In this document: piece by piece, positions 13,364 through 58,184 of the stretch | Numbering within the stretch: position 1 is the first letter of the stretch | Layout: every line of letters starts with the position of its first letter | From: Chrysomallon squamiferum | Taxonomy: Eukaryota; Animalia; Mollusca | Direction: 5' to 3' | DNA length: 64,000 bases | Assembly (NCBI GenBank): GCA_012295275.1 | Contig: CM022676.1 | Coordinates: 4,836,001 to 4,900,000 of the forward strand | Translations under genes and position numbers: made by a program | Notes under the pieces: model-generated | Database searches by the model: none | The model's input: only the letters and a program-made list of their open reading frames with translations | What the model was told of the DNA's origin: nothing

Positions 13364-14697
13364 AGACGTTTTTGTAAGATGTGTTGTGTTTTTTATCTGC
13401 ATGCATGCAGCATTATATAATTTTTACATAGTAGAATAAAATAATTTCTTTTTTCAAAAAATAAAAAATAATAATAATTACAAAAAATATAGGTACTAAG
13501 AAATATGGTTTCTCATTGATTCCATTGAATGAATGGCCATTTCACAATGTTTTCTTTCAAATGCATACATTTTTCAATTATTTAAAATGATGGTCGTTTT
13601 CATTATCTGATAAACAAAAATGAATTAACACGCACACACAAAACACAGACACACACAATAATACTAATTTTGCATAGTGCTGTTTTTTTATTTATTTTTG
13701 TTTTTATTTTTATTTTTCTCACTTCCTCTCTCATATAAACACAAATAAGTGAGAATCTTGGGCTTATTTGAAATTCTGTTGGATCAAAACATCAAAATTT
13801 CTTTTGATGACCTGCAAAAACAAATGACCTATTGTTGTATATTCTAGAGGCCAAATGAACGGAAGATTTACCTGTAGCTGTAGGGTTAGTATGACCATGC
13901 TATTTTTTTTTTTTATTCATTGTTTTCTGCTTTGTTTTACATTTCATCTGATGTATGCTTTAATATAACATTGGTGAGACCACTTTACTTTTGTTAATGT
14001 ATATATAATAATAATAATAATGTTTAAATAAGTCTCTGGAAATTTATGTTACTATGGCTGTCAAGACTAACACTGAAAACTAGCTGTCTGCATAATGTAA
14101 TTTATATAATTAATACGATTATCATCAGTCAAGGGAGGTAATTGTAATACCCCATTAAAGCGAACTTAAGAGTACTGCAATTGTTATGCGAAGGGAAATA
14201 ATATAAACATTAAATTTTCATATGACCTCTTATTCTTGCACAAACAATGAAACAATGATGTATAATATGCTAAGAAAACTACTTCTATTGTAAATGTGTT
14301 AATCTAAATTCGAGGTTTATATTGTTATAAAATAAATCGATAGACAGATGAAAAGCTGGTGTACTTCTTGTCTGCTGGCAGCATTGTTATGAAAACGGAT
14401 AACAATACGATGCTGTAATTACAAAACCTTCAGCGGCGATGTTAATCGATGAAAAGTCTTTTTTTTTTTTTTTTTTTTTAAGTGCTATGGTAGCGGGTTT
14501 TATCTTTGGTACTAACCCTGAAGTTTATTATTTTCAGTTAACGTAACAAAATCGATAATAAATAAAGTAGGGCCCTGAGAAGGTTCAAATATTTATTTCG
14601 ATATTTATTTATTCGGATTTTTTAATATTGCAGTGTACGGACATTTAGAAAAAGAGGGTCAAACTATCTGGCCAGCCGTTTTTAATAAACAATAAAT

Positions 14698-14728
<31 letters not shown>

Positions 14729-15467
14729 CAAACACAAATAACTTTTTAAAATGATATTCGTATAACCTATTAACCATAGACTGATAGAGCACTTTTATCA
14801 TTACGTATTTTTCAGTTGGCTGATCTATTGTTCATTGTTAAATTGCATCTTACAACAGCCCCAGTGCAATGGATATTTATATCAGAAAATTAAGATTAGC
14901 AGGGTTTTGTAATAAATACATAAATTATAATCTTTCAGTAACAAATGTATTGGTAATGCACTTAGACTGCAAATATTCCGAGATTTATTTATTTTCTTCA
15001 ATATGATTTTAATATTAATTTTGGAGGGAGGTGTTCCTAAATGGGCGTACGGGATGGGCATGGCCTCAACTTTTTATATGTTACATATATTAGTAATCTG
15101 TATTTAGCCACTTCTTCCATCCGTCATGTTCTATATTTAGCTGGAGCGCCGATAAGGTTAACAATGGGATACATTATTATTTCAGTTAGTTTGAAGGATA
15201 GTTAACATCATGCAATTTAAAAACGTAGTATATAATGTGCATCATCTTTCACTGAATACCAAGTCTAATAAGTAATAATATTTAGAGAATATGATTTTTC
15301 ATATCTTTTAGTTTTTTATTTTAAAATATACGGATCATGACAAAATGAGTAACTGCTCCCTTGACTAGACATTATTCCGTCGCAGACGATTTGTCAAAAC
15401 AGCTGATTTAACATTAAAAATAGGATTAACAATAAGTAAATCTGAGAAATATTTCCACCCAGAAGTC

Positions 15468-45707
<30,240 letters not shown>

Positions 45708-45749
45708 AATGCGTAGTTCATTGTCCCATCCGGTGTAGTTGTAAAAACA

Positions 45750-46230
45750 GGTGTCTAGAGGAAGTCTTCCTTCTTGGATTTTTGTTGAAGAAGAGTTTAA
45801 ATTAAGTTTGGAGTTCTTTTTTTTTTTTTTTTTTTTTGTTGTTATGTCAAGGAATAGTCTTCCTGGTCAAAAGCGAGTACGTTTTATTAAAATACACTCT
45901 GTGAAAAATGTTGAGATGTTTTGGTGTCATGAAATCGGAGTTTGTGCTTTAACAGTGAGTATCTTTTATTAACATTACACTCTATGAAAAACAAATGTTG
46001 AGAAGTTTTAATGTCAAGGAATGGGTCTTCCTAACTCAAAAGACAGTTCATGTTATTATAATACACTGTATGAAAAAAAAATTAAGACATTTTCATGTCA
46101 TGAAATCGGTGTTCATGCTTCAAAACAGAGTACATTTTATTAAAATAAACTCTTTGAAAAAAGTTAAGATGTTTTTTTTTAAGGAATAAGCTTTCCTGCA
46201 GCAGCAGAAAGGACATTGTGTTAAAAATTT
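45750..46230. repeat. Degenerate ~80-bp tandem repeat in the AMPD 3' UTR
   Basis: tgtcaaggaat..cttcct..tttattaaaatacactct.tgaaaaa..gtt recurs about 5 times. Confidence 0.7.
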
Positions 46231-47787
46231 ACCAGATGGATAAAATGTTAAAATCAAGGAGCAAAGTCAACAGAATTTTAAGAGAAAATGTAGATTTGTG
46301 ATATATATATTTGTTGTTATGTATCAGTGTTAAGTTAAAAATTGCTTTCTTATTGTATTGTTATTCAAAATGTCATTGAAAAAATGTCAACAAAAATTAC
46401 AATATCACTACTAAAAAATTCCAAGTTTAAAATTTAATGAATCTTAATATATTCAAGCACATAAAAAAACAAATTCAATAAAAGTTAAAGAATTGTGGTG
46501 CAGTTTCATTTTATTTTCAAAGTGTTGGATATTACTTTTGATATTGTCACAATTCAAATTTTCATTAACAGTTTACTAATTAAAATGTGTAATAACAGTT
46601 AAAGATTTAAAAGCCAAATTATCAATAAAGTAAAATAACTGACATTTAATAATAAAACCTAAATAAATTTGTATATTTAGTAATGTTGAGTTGACTGTTT
46701 TGTGTAAAATGTTACTGTAATTGTTCAAGTTTTTGTTACTGTAGTAAAGATACTCGCAAAAAGATGCCAGCAATGTTTTATGAGCAGTTTTGTTAAAAAT
46801 GTGTTATTGTCATTGTTCCAGTTTCTCTGACATTTCTGTATAAACTGGTAACAGTTGTTAAAATGTTAAAAATAATAGCAGAATTAAATAAATGAAAACA
46901 TAAAATTTCATTTCAGGACATAAATTAGTTGACATTATGTTGTACGAGTGTTTTGTCAAACGTAACTGATATTGTCATGGTTTATGTATAAAATGATAAT
47001 GACTGATATACATTAGTAATATTAGCAAACTTTACTGATAGCATCGCATTTTATTACAGTACATGTTTTTAGTATATTTAATAATAATGGGCATTCATGA
47101 TGCACAAATCATTTGTCATTATACATTTTACTTAAAATGTTTAATTTAAGATGTCAGTAGGATTTAAAGGAAAATTAATGTACAGCTTAGCAATGGAATA
47201 TACATATTTACTGAAGGTGATGGTAAAGTCTTAATACTGTTTTATTAAAAATTGCTTATATTGTTGTCATTATTCAGACTTGGAATTTATCTGAATATTG
47301 TCAGATTGTTACGGTTAATTGAGGTTATCCAAAAAACCCCAGAGATGTGTTGTTAAAATATATACAATAATTTGTGAAATTTGTGTAAATTTTTTATTTA
47401 TTTCTAATTAATAATATTATTATTACTATTGATTATAATGATATTGCCGTTATTCTGTTTTCATCTTTGTTTATGTATTTTTTTTATTTTATTTATTCTT
47501 TTATTATTACTATTTGTTTTTCGTAATATTGTTTCTAAAGTTTTACTTTTATTTTTTTAACTGTTTTAACTAATATTTGTTTTTAATCAATAATATAAAG
47601 TTTGACATTTGTAGGGTATTTTTATATGTTGCTTGTTTTCAGTTTTGAATTTATATTTTACTAACATGATTTTCATCAAAAGTTAAAAAAGAGAAAGCGT
47701 GAATTTTTTTTTTGAAAAAATAGGGCATATATCGTTCAAATCTGGTGTAAAAACAATTCAGATATTATTATTATTATTATAATTATA

Positions 47788-47826
<39 letters not shown>

Positions 47827-49785
47827 TATAAAACATTAAAGAATTCACATTTGGTGACTAATAACATTTACATTCTGAATGTCCTTACAATTTAAATAGT
47901 TATTAACTTTACTTTTTTTTTTTTTGTACTTCTTAAACTTTTTTCTTTCTTTATTAAATTATTTAAGTTATGTAGTAGATAAGAGATTAAATAAGCTTAG
48001 TTAGATTAAACAAATGCATTGTGTTAATCTTCATTATAACTTTTGTGTCTAACATTCCTCAAAATTTAACACTTTAAAATGACATGTAAATACTAAAATA
48101 CACTTCTTAGATATTTAATTAATATGCTTCATTAAGAAATATGTTTAATTTGAATGTTTGAGTGTAAAAGTTAAAACAGCTATTATTTTAGATGCCTGGC
48201 ATGGCATATCTGAGCCTAAAGGTGATAGAAAATATTTTGAAATAAATGTATTTTGAAAAACAAATATATATATATATATATTTAAAAGTTTTATTGAAAC
48301 CAGGTGAGTTGTTCTTGTGAATTTTTGTTAGTTTTAACATGCTAACTGTAAAACATATTATGCTGTGTGAAAATTTATTATAAAAATCTTGATTGTAAAA
48401 ATTGTTCCAAATGGTTTAAAACTGTTATATTACACCTGTGTTTGTATTTAGTGTCTTTAATTGTTATTTTTAACACATAACTGTTTTAATTACTCCACTT
48501 GTAAAATAATTTTTTTCTGACTAATAGCATTATCACAGATGACAAAAATTTCAAATCTATCTACTTAATATTATAGAAAAATGGCTTTTTGTTATTATTT
48601 AGCAATGTAATAGTATTAAAACTTGTAACATTTTAATTTTCAGATTTAAAAAAAAAAATTATTTATTTATTTATTTATTTATGTTTGTTTGTTTTTTTTT
48701 TTTAATTTACATAAATGAAAAGGTCACTACAGAATGCAAATCTGTTTTTCATCTGATTAAAAACAGATGCTAATTTTATTTAATTATGTTAAATGGATGG
48801 ATATGTGATTTAGTTTCAGAATTAATGAATTACTATTTTTCAATAGGTCTGTTATTATTTTATTTCAGGGTTTTGTATTTAAAACACACGCACGCACACA
48901 CACACACACAAAATGGAACACATGATTTAATCTAATACATAAATGAAATAATACGTATTTTTAATAAAATATTTTAAAATGTGGAATTCCTTTGATCGTA
49001 ATAGCAATGTATATTGATGATGCTGGTATATTTTATTAGCTACAAAATTCCAAGCAAATCACTTTTATTTTCATAACTGTCATAATGATATTATTACCAA
49101 AGTATTTGAATATTATTTGTGAGAATTTCATTATTTATCTCATGTTCACTCAGGAAATGAAAAATAAAATTCTCAGCATAGCTTTATACAGATAAATAAT
49201 TCTTAACATAAAGAATTACTCCCTAAATAAATGATTACGATACCTGTATTAATACTTGCTACCTTATTTTTAATTCAATATTGCTTTTTAATCTCCTCAT
49301 TCTTTTACATTATGTTTTATGAAATAACTTTCCAGCTTTTTGTTTTTGTTTTAGAATTAACCACTGCTCTATATTTTAATCAGAAATTAAAAATATATCT
49401 TCTGTATCATTAATATAATTAATATAATATTATTATAATGGAGGTTTTGAAATCATTTTAAAAGTTGTGTACATTTTCTTACATTTTCTTGATAGGAAAG
49501 CCTGTGCCAAATTTATAAACTTGCTATAAAATTTATGTTTTTCTTTTAAATGTTATGGAAAAATTAAAATAATAATAAATGTTCAGTCAAAACGTTTCTG
49601 TATTGTGCAGAAGATGCAGTAATAATCTTTGTCATTAAGCCATTATAACTGTGCAATACAACCATAATCATTAGTTGACTTTCAGCCAGCATCTTGATGT
49701 GTTCAAGCTATGTTCATGTAAATGCATAATACACACTTTTAATTTTCTATTATTATTTTAAGTTTATTATTATCATTATCATTAC

Positions 49786-49842
<57 letters not shown>

Positions 49843-50842
49843 CTTATTATTTTACCATTTAGAGTTACATAAAAGCTTAGAAGCAAAGATCTTTTCATCG
49901 TTGTGAAAACTGAATCTGGGTATATCTAACATTCAGAAATCTCTTATTTATATTTTTAAATCATTTGTAGCTTTAATTTTTGAGTTAGGCTCAAATGTAA
50001 AGGCTTTAATTCTGACAGTTAAAATGTGATAATAAAACTACTTACTTTCCAGTTGATTCATATCAGTAACATAGCAAAGTCTAATTCATTATATTGCTGT
50101 TTTTAAATAAGCACCTTTGCTAATGAATGAACATTTTTGTTAAATTTTACAGATATCAAAGTAATAATATTTACTAGAGACTTTTGAAATAAGGAAGCAG
50201 ATGAAAAATATTTATCAGTTGAAAAAACATTTAGTAAAAAATATTTATCAGATATTTCTAATATTTGAAAAAATATATTTTCTTATTTCTCTTTATAACA
50301 TTTAAAAAGATATTTAAAAAAAAAAAAAGAAGAAGAAAAAGATGTTGTTTGTTGAAGAATTGTATTAGTAGTAAAATCTTGTAAAATTTTTAAATGTGTG
50401 ATTTGTTACATATCATGAAGTGATTTTTTTTTTATTGTTGCTTTTCAATCCATGTAATCATTAACTGTGATCAAGAGTAAATTCATATATTAAAGTAATA
50501 CACCAGTTTGCTGTCTGTTGTCTTCATTTCATTCTTTCTTTGTAAGCCTTTTATTAGTAGCATAATTTATTATTATTATTTTTTAACATCATTATGATTT
50601 GTTATTGTTTATTATTATTACCGTTATTATTATTAATGTCATTATTATGATTTATTACTGTTTATTATTATTATTATTATTATTATTATTGTCATTATGA
50701 TTTGTTATTGTTTATTATTATTATTATTACTACGATTTGTTATTGTTTATTATTATTACTGTTATTATTATTAATGTCCTTATTATGATTTATTACTGTT
50801 TATTATTATTATTATTACTGTTGTCATTATGATTTATTATTG

Positions 50843-50877
<35 letters not shown>

Positions 50878-51090
50878 GGTAATCTCAGTGAACACAAAAG
50901 CTGCTCAGAAATTGATTTTGTTGTTTCAGTTTTCTTTTTCTGTAATTATAATTTACAAATAGGCATATGTATGATCATATTGTTTCTTCCTCTTTTTTTT
51001 TTAATAATATATATATATATTTTTTTTTGTTTATGCCTTGTACTATTCTAGTTTTTTAATAATTTAATTTCTATTGTTTTTCACAACATT

Positions 51091-51140
<50 letters not shown>

Positions 51141-51598
51141 TAGCACAAGACATTTTTATAATTTCTAGAATTATTATTTTACTTATAATTGACAAAAACA
51201 CAATAAAAATATTATATTTACATCATGGAAACCAATTAATTAATATTTTCTCAGCAAGAAGCAAAAATGATTAAATATTACAATATTTATTTATTTCCAG
51301 TACAGGTTATGAACCCTTTAAATTTCAACACAGTTCACATTTTTATCAAATTAAAATTCATTAATATACAGTAAACTGAAACACACACAGGTAGAAATAT
51401 TCCTAACTTGATTCTTATTTTTTTTAGTTATGTCATAATAATAAATGTTTAAAGCAGTAAATGGCAATGACTTAAAATTCCAGTTTTTCTCATTCTAAGT
51501 TGAGATAATTAATGTTTTTGTGTTTAATTGTTTCAGAACTCATGTTTGCTGAATCAAGTTACATGATGTTGTTCACAGTAAAATGATAACACCACTGG

Positions 51599-54177
51599 TC
51601 CTGCAAAAATAATAATAAAAGGCAGCCAACAACAGAAATAAAAATAATAATAAAATCTATGAAAGAAAAAATGAATAATTCTGAAACAAAAATTTATGTT
51701 AAAACAAATTAGCAATGTTAAAGGTGAAATAGATTTTGTAAAGATCAGAAATTCTAAAAATATAAAATAATTTTGAAAATGGATGTTCATAAAAGATTGA
51801 AACAGCATACTTACAAAATGTCAGTATATATTACAAAACAACTGAAAAACAGAACTTACAAAAGCAATGCAATATAAAACATTTTCACATGATAATAATT
51901 GTATCTAAATTCTATAAAAAAAAACTGAAATTAAAACTAATAATAAGATACATGAAAATAACAAGTAATAACAATGATGTAAATTTGCATAAAATTGAGA
52001 AAAATAAAAATACAAATGTTACAATAATAACAAGAATAATAATAATAATAATATTAACAACAACAACAAATATTTATACAAGAAATAAAAACAATATAAC
52101 AATACTGGTGTTAAAATCATTTGATATATAACACCATATTCAGCTTCCATTCTCCATAAGGAAAAAGAAAGCAACTACATGTATTTGTCACCACCTTTCT
52201 CTCACTCTCTCTCTCTCTCTGTCTCTCTTTCTCTCTCTTTCTATATATACAAACACACACATTATTATTATTATTGTTATTATTATTATATTTATTATTA
52301 TTATAAAATTATTATTACACAAGAATCATTATTAAAATAAAAATTATTTAAAATTAATTCAAAAAATAATAAAACCAATACTCACAGCATACACTCAGTG
52401 TAAATGTTTTCTTCTTAGTTTTAGTCATAACAGGATTCTCTACTGTACATGTGTATACACCTCCTGACTGACTGTTTCTTATGTTTGTCAGTGTTAGATA
52501 AGACCTTGTGCTTAGGATATTATTTCCTAATGTCCAGGAGTAAGAGCATGGAGGGTTGCAGTCCGCAAAGCAGTTCACAGTGAGGCTCTGACCTTCTGGA
52601 ATGTATCTGATTGTCGAGGTGTTGAACTGAACTAAATCTGGACCATCTGAAACATGTAAGACCAATCTAATTTAATTTGAAACACATAAAATTAATGTAA
52701 TTAAATTTGAGGCATGTGGGACCAATTTAATTAAATCTGAAACATTCAGAACCAGTCTAATTAAATCTGAAACATGTATAACCAGACTAATTAAAACTGA
52801 AACATTAGGAACCAGTCTAATTAAATCTGAAATGTAGAACCAGTCTAATTAAATCTGAAACATGTAGAACCAGTCTAATTAAATCTGAAACATGCAGAAC
52901 CAGTCTAATTAAATCTGAAACATGCAGAACCAGTCTAATTAAATCTGAAACATGCAGAACCAGTCTAACTAAAACTGAAACATGTAGAACCAGTCTAATT
53001 AAATCTGAAATATGCAGAACCAGTCTAATTAAATGAAACATGCAGAATCAGTCTAGTTAAATGAAACGTAGAACCAGTCTAATTAAATCTGAAACATGCA
53101 GAACCAGTCTAACTAAAACTGAAACATGTAGAACCAGTCTAATTAAATCTGAAACATGCAGAACCAGTCTAATTAAATCTGAAATATGTAGAACAAGTCT
53201 AAATCTGAAATATGTAGAACCAGTCTAACTAAAACTGAAACATGTAGAACCAGTCTAATTAAATCTGAAACATGCAGAACCAGTCTAATTAAATCTGAAA
53301 CATGTAGAACCAGTCTAACTAAATCTGAAACATGTAGAACCAGTCTAACTAAAACTGAAACATGTAGAACCAGTCTAAATCTGAAACATGCAGAACCAGT
53401 CTAATTAAATCTGAAACATGTAGAACCAGTCTAATTAAATCTGAAACATGCAGAACCAGTCTAATTAAAATTGACACGTGCTGAACGAGTCTAAATCTGA
53501 AACATGTAGAACCAGTCTAATTAAATCTGAAACATGCAGAACCAGTCTAATTAAATCTGAAACATGCAGAACCAGTCTAATTAAATCTGAAACATGCAGA
53601 ACCAGTCTAACTAAATCAAAAACATGTAGAACCAATCTAACTAAATCAAAAACATATGATACCAATGTAATTAAATTGTATGTATGAATGTTTGTATATA
53701 TATATGTATGTATGTATGTATGCATGCATGCATGTATGTATAATATTTAAAAAAAACAGAAAGTGATAAAACTTACATATTACAGTTTTGTTACATGAAG
53801 AAATCTGCGCTCCCCCACCATCACTGCAAGACCATTGTCCAGCATCTCTTGCAGGGTTGAACGATTCTATCGTCAGTGTGTGTTGTGTGGGGGAATCAAC
53901 CGTGACACTGTACCCTTTAACCACTGTTTCGTTTGGATAATATCTGCAGTCTGTCAAAGCATGTTTGCACCAAGCCACCTCGAAAGAATAGGGCCTGCGC
54001 CAAGAGATGCCATTTGTAATGGCGCCATCTATTGTACACATTAACTTTGTGTTTTGACCGCTGTATGCTCCGTTTGTGCAGTTTATTGTAGTTTTAGCAG
54101 TACCTGGATAGAAAAAATAAAATAAAATAAAATAAATAACACAACAACTACAAAATACAATAATAATAGTAATAATG

Positions 54178-54214
<37 letters not shown>

Positions 54215-56196
54215 ATAAATAATAATGATAATGATAATAATAAATAATTATAACAATAATAATAAAATAATAACAAGAATAATAATAATAAAATAATAAA
54301 TATGAATAAAATAATAGCAATAACAGCAATAATAATAACCATAATAACAATAATAATAATAAAATAATAATGATAATTACAACAATAATAATAATAAAAT
54401 AACAATATTAATAATAGTAATAAAATATTAATAACTTAACAGCAATAATAGCAATAATAATAACAATAACAACAACAAAATAATAATAATAAAATAACAA
54501 TAATTAACAATAACAAGAATAATAATAATAATAAGTAATTAAACTGAATAGTCATACATGTTAATAAGGTTGATAGATTTAGTTGTTTAAGTGAGACAAG
54601 TTGTTGCAGCCTTCATGGCCTAGAAATAAAATCAAAATTTAATTTCCATGCTTGAGTGATTGTACATATATTTATTTGCTATGTCACATTTTGTGTTTAT
54701 TTAATGTTTTTTTTTTAATTATTATACATCAACTGAGTAGGTAGATAACCAAGTGAATAAAAACATCACAAGGTAAAGTTGCATGCATGAATGTGTTGTG
54801 TGTGTATGCTAGTGTTTGTTAAGTATATTTAGTGTGTGTGTTTTTTTTTTTTTTTTGTTGTTGTTGTTTTGCATATTTATTATTCATGGATCTATCTCAC
54901 TTAATAAAAAAAATAATCCCATATATCTTTATCTGTATGTTAATGTGCATGTCTGTGTTTATTATATGTGTAACACTGTGTATGTATATTTTGTTTTATT
55001 CATAAGGTTGCTGCTATGGAGTTGTATGACAGTGCAGGAACACATTTAATTTTATCTGGTCTCTCTGTTCCTGTCAAAAATCTCAACCTCCAAATATCCT
55101 GAATTAGCGGGAGCAGCACTATTGTCACACAGCCCTGGATTTCGACCTTTTTTCATACCGCGACCCCTTATGAGCAACTCAGTATGACCGATGACCCACT
55201 TTAACATTTTTGATTCACTGGTATCTAGGGTTGCCATATTTTTATCAACTAAAGACAGTACAAAAGTAATCTGTATTCACTATCACAAGTCCTAAATCAG
55301 TCTACACGTCTTTATTTATTCCTCCTTCCAAGTCAAGTTGAAAAAAGCTAAAACATACCCTCGCTCTATAGTGCCTTTTATTACTGCTATCAACATTTCA
55401 GCGATAATATATATATTTTGTTTATCGATATAGTTTTCAAGCAATCTATTAAAGCGTTTTATTGACATGAGCTATAGCGTATAAAAATCGACAAATTAAA
55501 AGGTAAAATAATAATATTAATAAGTAACAAAGCTCACAATAATGTAGAGCTGTTCAAAAATGTATCAGGAATTATTAAAAGTTATATAATTCATCTCGAC
55601 GTTGTAAAAACAACTTCGGAGAAAGTCTAGTAACAGTCTTGATAATTGAGAGTAGTTTTCTAAAAAATTCCAGATTCTTTTACACTTCTATCGTGGCAGT
55701 ACTTTTGTAATCTGTGGTGTTTCGTAATAATTAAAAAAAAAAAAAAAAGAAAAAAAGTAAAAATTGATAGCGGAAAAAAGAACGGTTATTCTTAAGCTCA
55801 TTTTGTTGATCCACTTTTGTCCCCAGATATCGCGCTATTTTTAGACTGTCGTCCTCAATTGCATCGCTTCAAAATATGTCCCGCAGTTTATACTTAGCTC
55901 AGAAAATTATCGCTCCAGAATATGAAAGCTGGTGTTTACCTCTCCAGGCCTTACTGTTGTTGTTGTTTTTTTTTTTATTCCTATACTTTGATTCATATCC
56001 TCATTCACCACAACAACTTACATGTATTTTGAGAACCATCATTCTAGAAACATCTCCCAATGGCAGTTGTAGTGTTTTAAATTCCTTTCCATCGATGAAT
56101 ATCTGTTTATTTAAATTCAAACTTACCTGACACAGATGGTAGTAAGTGCAGTATAAATATCCACAAAAACACAGAAACACACATTTTTAACATCAT
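51599..56196 (-). CDS. Secreted two-Ig-domain protein (signal peptide + V-like Ig + C2/I-type Ig), about 219-222 aa
   Basis: Exon 56196-56127 encodes a hydrophobic signal peptide MMLKMCVSVFLWIFILHLLPSVSG (donor gtaagt). Exon 54103-53777 is an Ig domain (LMC..ISW..HTLTI..DAGQWSC). Exon 52646-52386 is an Ig domain (YGPD..EGQSLTVNCFADCNPPCSYSW..LTLTNI..GVYTC). All introns are phase 1. Termination follows immediately, either by T|GA across the junction to 51600 or inside a 27-nt exon 51841-51815 (FVL*). Confidence 0.85.
52647..53680. repeat. 30-bp minisatellite (about 34 units, AAATCTGAAACATGYAGAACCAGTCTAATT) filling most of Ig-gene intron 2
   Basis: Direct tandem units are visible. The terminal unit overlaps the real 3' splice site at 52647. 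Confidence 0.95.
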
Positions 56197-56372
56197 CGTA
56201 TATATACTTTTTTTTGTTATTTTCATGGCTGATAAAGCAGACGATATTAAACACATGCCTGAAATTTGATATTCTGGTAGAGAAATTTTCTTTAGCTGAA
56301 AAACTGACCTAAATATTTAACTTTAAAGCTTGTGTTTTTTCACCCAGAACCTCAATAAAAGAATGACCCCCC

Positions 56373-56410
<38 letters not shown>

Positions 56411-57689
56411 ATACACAATACGAACCGGTTATACATACACACAAACTGTTCAACTGAAATAAGAAAAAAAAAAGAATACGTGACGGACTGAATGAACAAG
56501 CGACGTAAATTTTTGTGAAATTCATTGTGTTAATTCATGCGGAACGTTAGTGAAAAAAATAATTATAATAATAAAAAAATAATAATAATAAAACAAACAA
56601 GCCACAAAAAAAAAACAATAAACATTAAAAAAGATATAAAATGAAACAGCACATTCACACACACATATAAGCACACATTGTTTAAGTGAAGAAAGAGAAA
56701 ACAAAAAGAAAAATGCTAAAACATTTTAAAAGCTGCTATGAGTCAAGTATTTTTCTTATAACTTATATAAAGTGGGAAGCTTGGTGCCACAGTTCCTAAA
56801 GCTTTAAATGCTGATTAGCAATAAGGTATTTTTAATACGCTCCTTCCCAAGAAAAGCAAAAAAGAAAACTTTTTTTTAAAATTATAGAAATATGTGTGTG
56901 TGAGTATACAGTTATAATAAAAAGTGACCATCAATATATGTGTGTAAGCAGTATATACATGTAATATTAACAGACACACACACATAAACATATACACACA
57001 CACACATAGATGCATATCTATAAATTATACTAGAACATATGTTAATATTCACAAACACATATCAAAACAGAACACTGATATATAATCTTTTATTTATTAT
57101 GGTAAAATTTTAAATTATGTTCAGTGTCAGTTTATGTAAATATTTTGTCAACAAATGTCCTTAGTTTTATAACTACTGAGATATCATGTCTTCCCCATCT
57201 TAACTGTTAATTTTCAATCAGTCTGAAAATAATAAATAAATACAAAAACAAAATAAAAATAAGTATTTAATAAATTTAACAAATTTTGATATCATTTAAC
57301 GACAGCATTTGAACTTATTTAACTTCATACGACAGGCGTTATTTTAGATTCGATTTTTCTTTCTTTCCTAATGTAATACCTGTTAATAACTTCACTAGTT
57401 TAATTTCTTCTTCTAAATAGCAGCCATTAAGATTAATTTAGTAAAATATTTTGGCTACGTTCAAAACTCGTCCTAACTTCACATATGTTTAGACTAGTTG
57501 TCACCAATTAACTTCATAATGTGAAATTATGACTGGCAACAAGTCAAAATCTATTAATGACGTCATCTCAAGTTGTGGGCACGATTTTACGGTTCAGGAT
57601 TCTGTTAAAACCATTTTTTTCTACACACTAGAATATTTTTATAATTATTCATGCATAAACTAAGAAACGGTGAATTAAAATCAGCAATG

Positions 57690-58056
57690 TCTGAAATATT
57701 AATCTGGTACTGATATTTATTAGTAATACCAAGAATAAGAACAACTACATACAGCCAGAGATGTTTCAGTTGTGCTTCAGCAAATTTGTGGAATTTACTC
57801 CCAACTAACAGTGAATCAACGGCTACATTCAAAAGACAACAACAGACCCATTTCTTTCAAATCCACTTTTCTGATTCAGAGTTATGCTCTATTTTTCCAG
57901 TTTTAAACTGGTCTGTTAATTATTCTATAAAATTATTAAATGTGACGTGTATTTTTATCACGGTTTTAACATGTTCACCTTTAGGTTTGCATTAAGTTTA
58001 AGTCCATGTCGATTATATATTTTAAGTTTTTAAGTTTAGACTGTAAAACAACCTTG

Positions 58057-58100
<44 letters not shown>
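57690..58100 (+). mobile_element. 3' fragment of an L2/CR1-type LINE
   Basis: Translates to VIPRIRTTTYSQRCFSCASANLWNLLP..TFKRQQQTHFF, resembling the L2 ORF2 C-terminus (R-x-FS...LWN-x-LP...FK...THLF). Followed by a 3' UTR-like stretch and an (AAT)n tail at about 58060-58100. Confidence 0.6.
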
Positions 58101-58184
58101 TTTTATTGGTGAAATTTACAGTCAAATCTTCACGTGATGCTCCAGCAAAATCTGTTTCCGGTTATCATTTCCTGAACTTGGAAA

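Noticed and set aside
52647-53725. 30-bp array as a CRISPR array, or as repeat-protein ORFs (DLIRLVLHVS / SETCRTSLIK)
   Set aside because: Units abut with no unique spacers, there are no cas genes, and the array is in a eukaryotic intron. The ORFs arise only because the unit length is a multiple of 3 and are broken by indels.
55130-55237. RTE-LINE-like peptide (ESKMLKWVIGHT)
   Set aside because: Resemblance is too short to call without a search.
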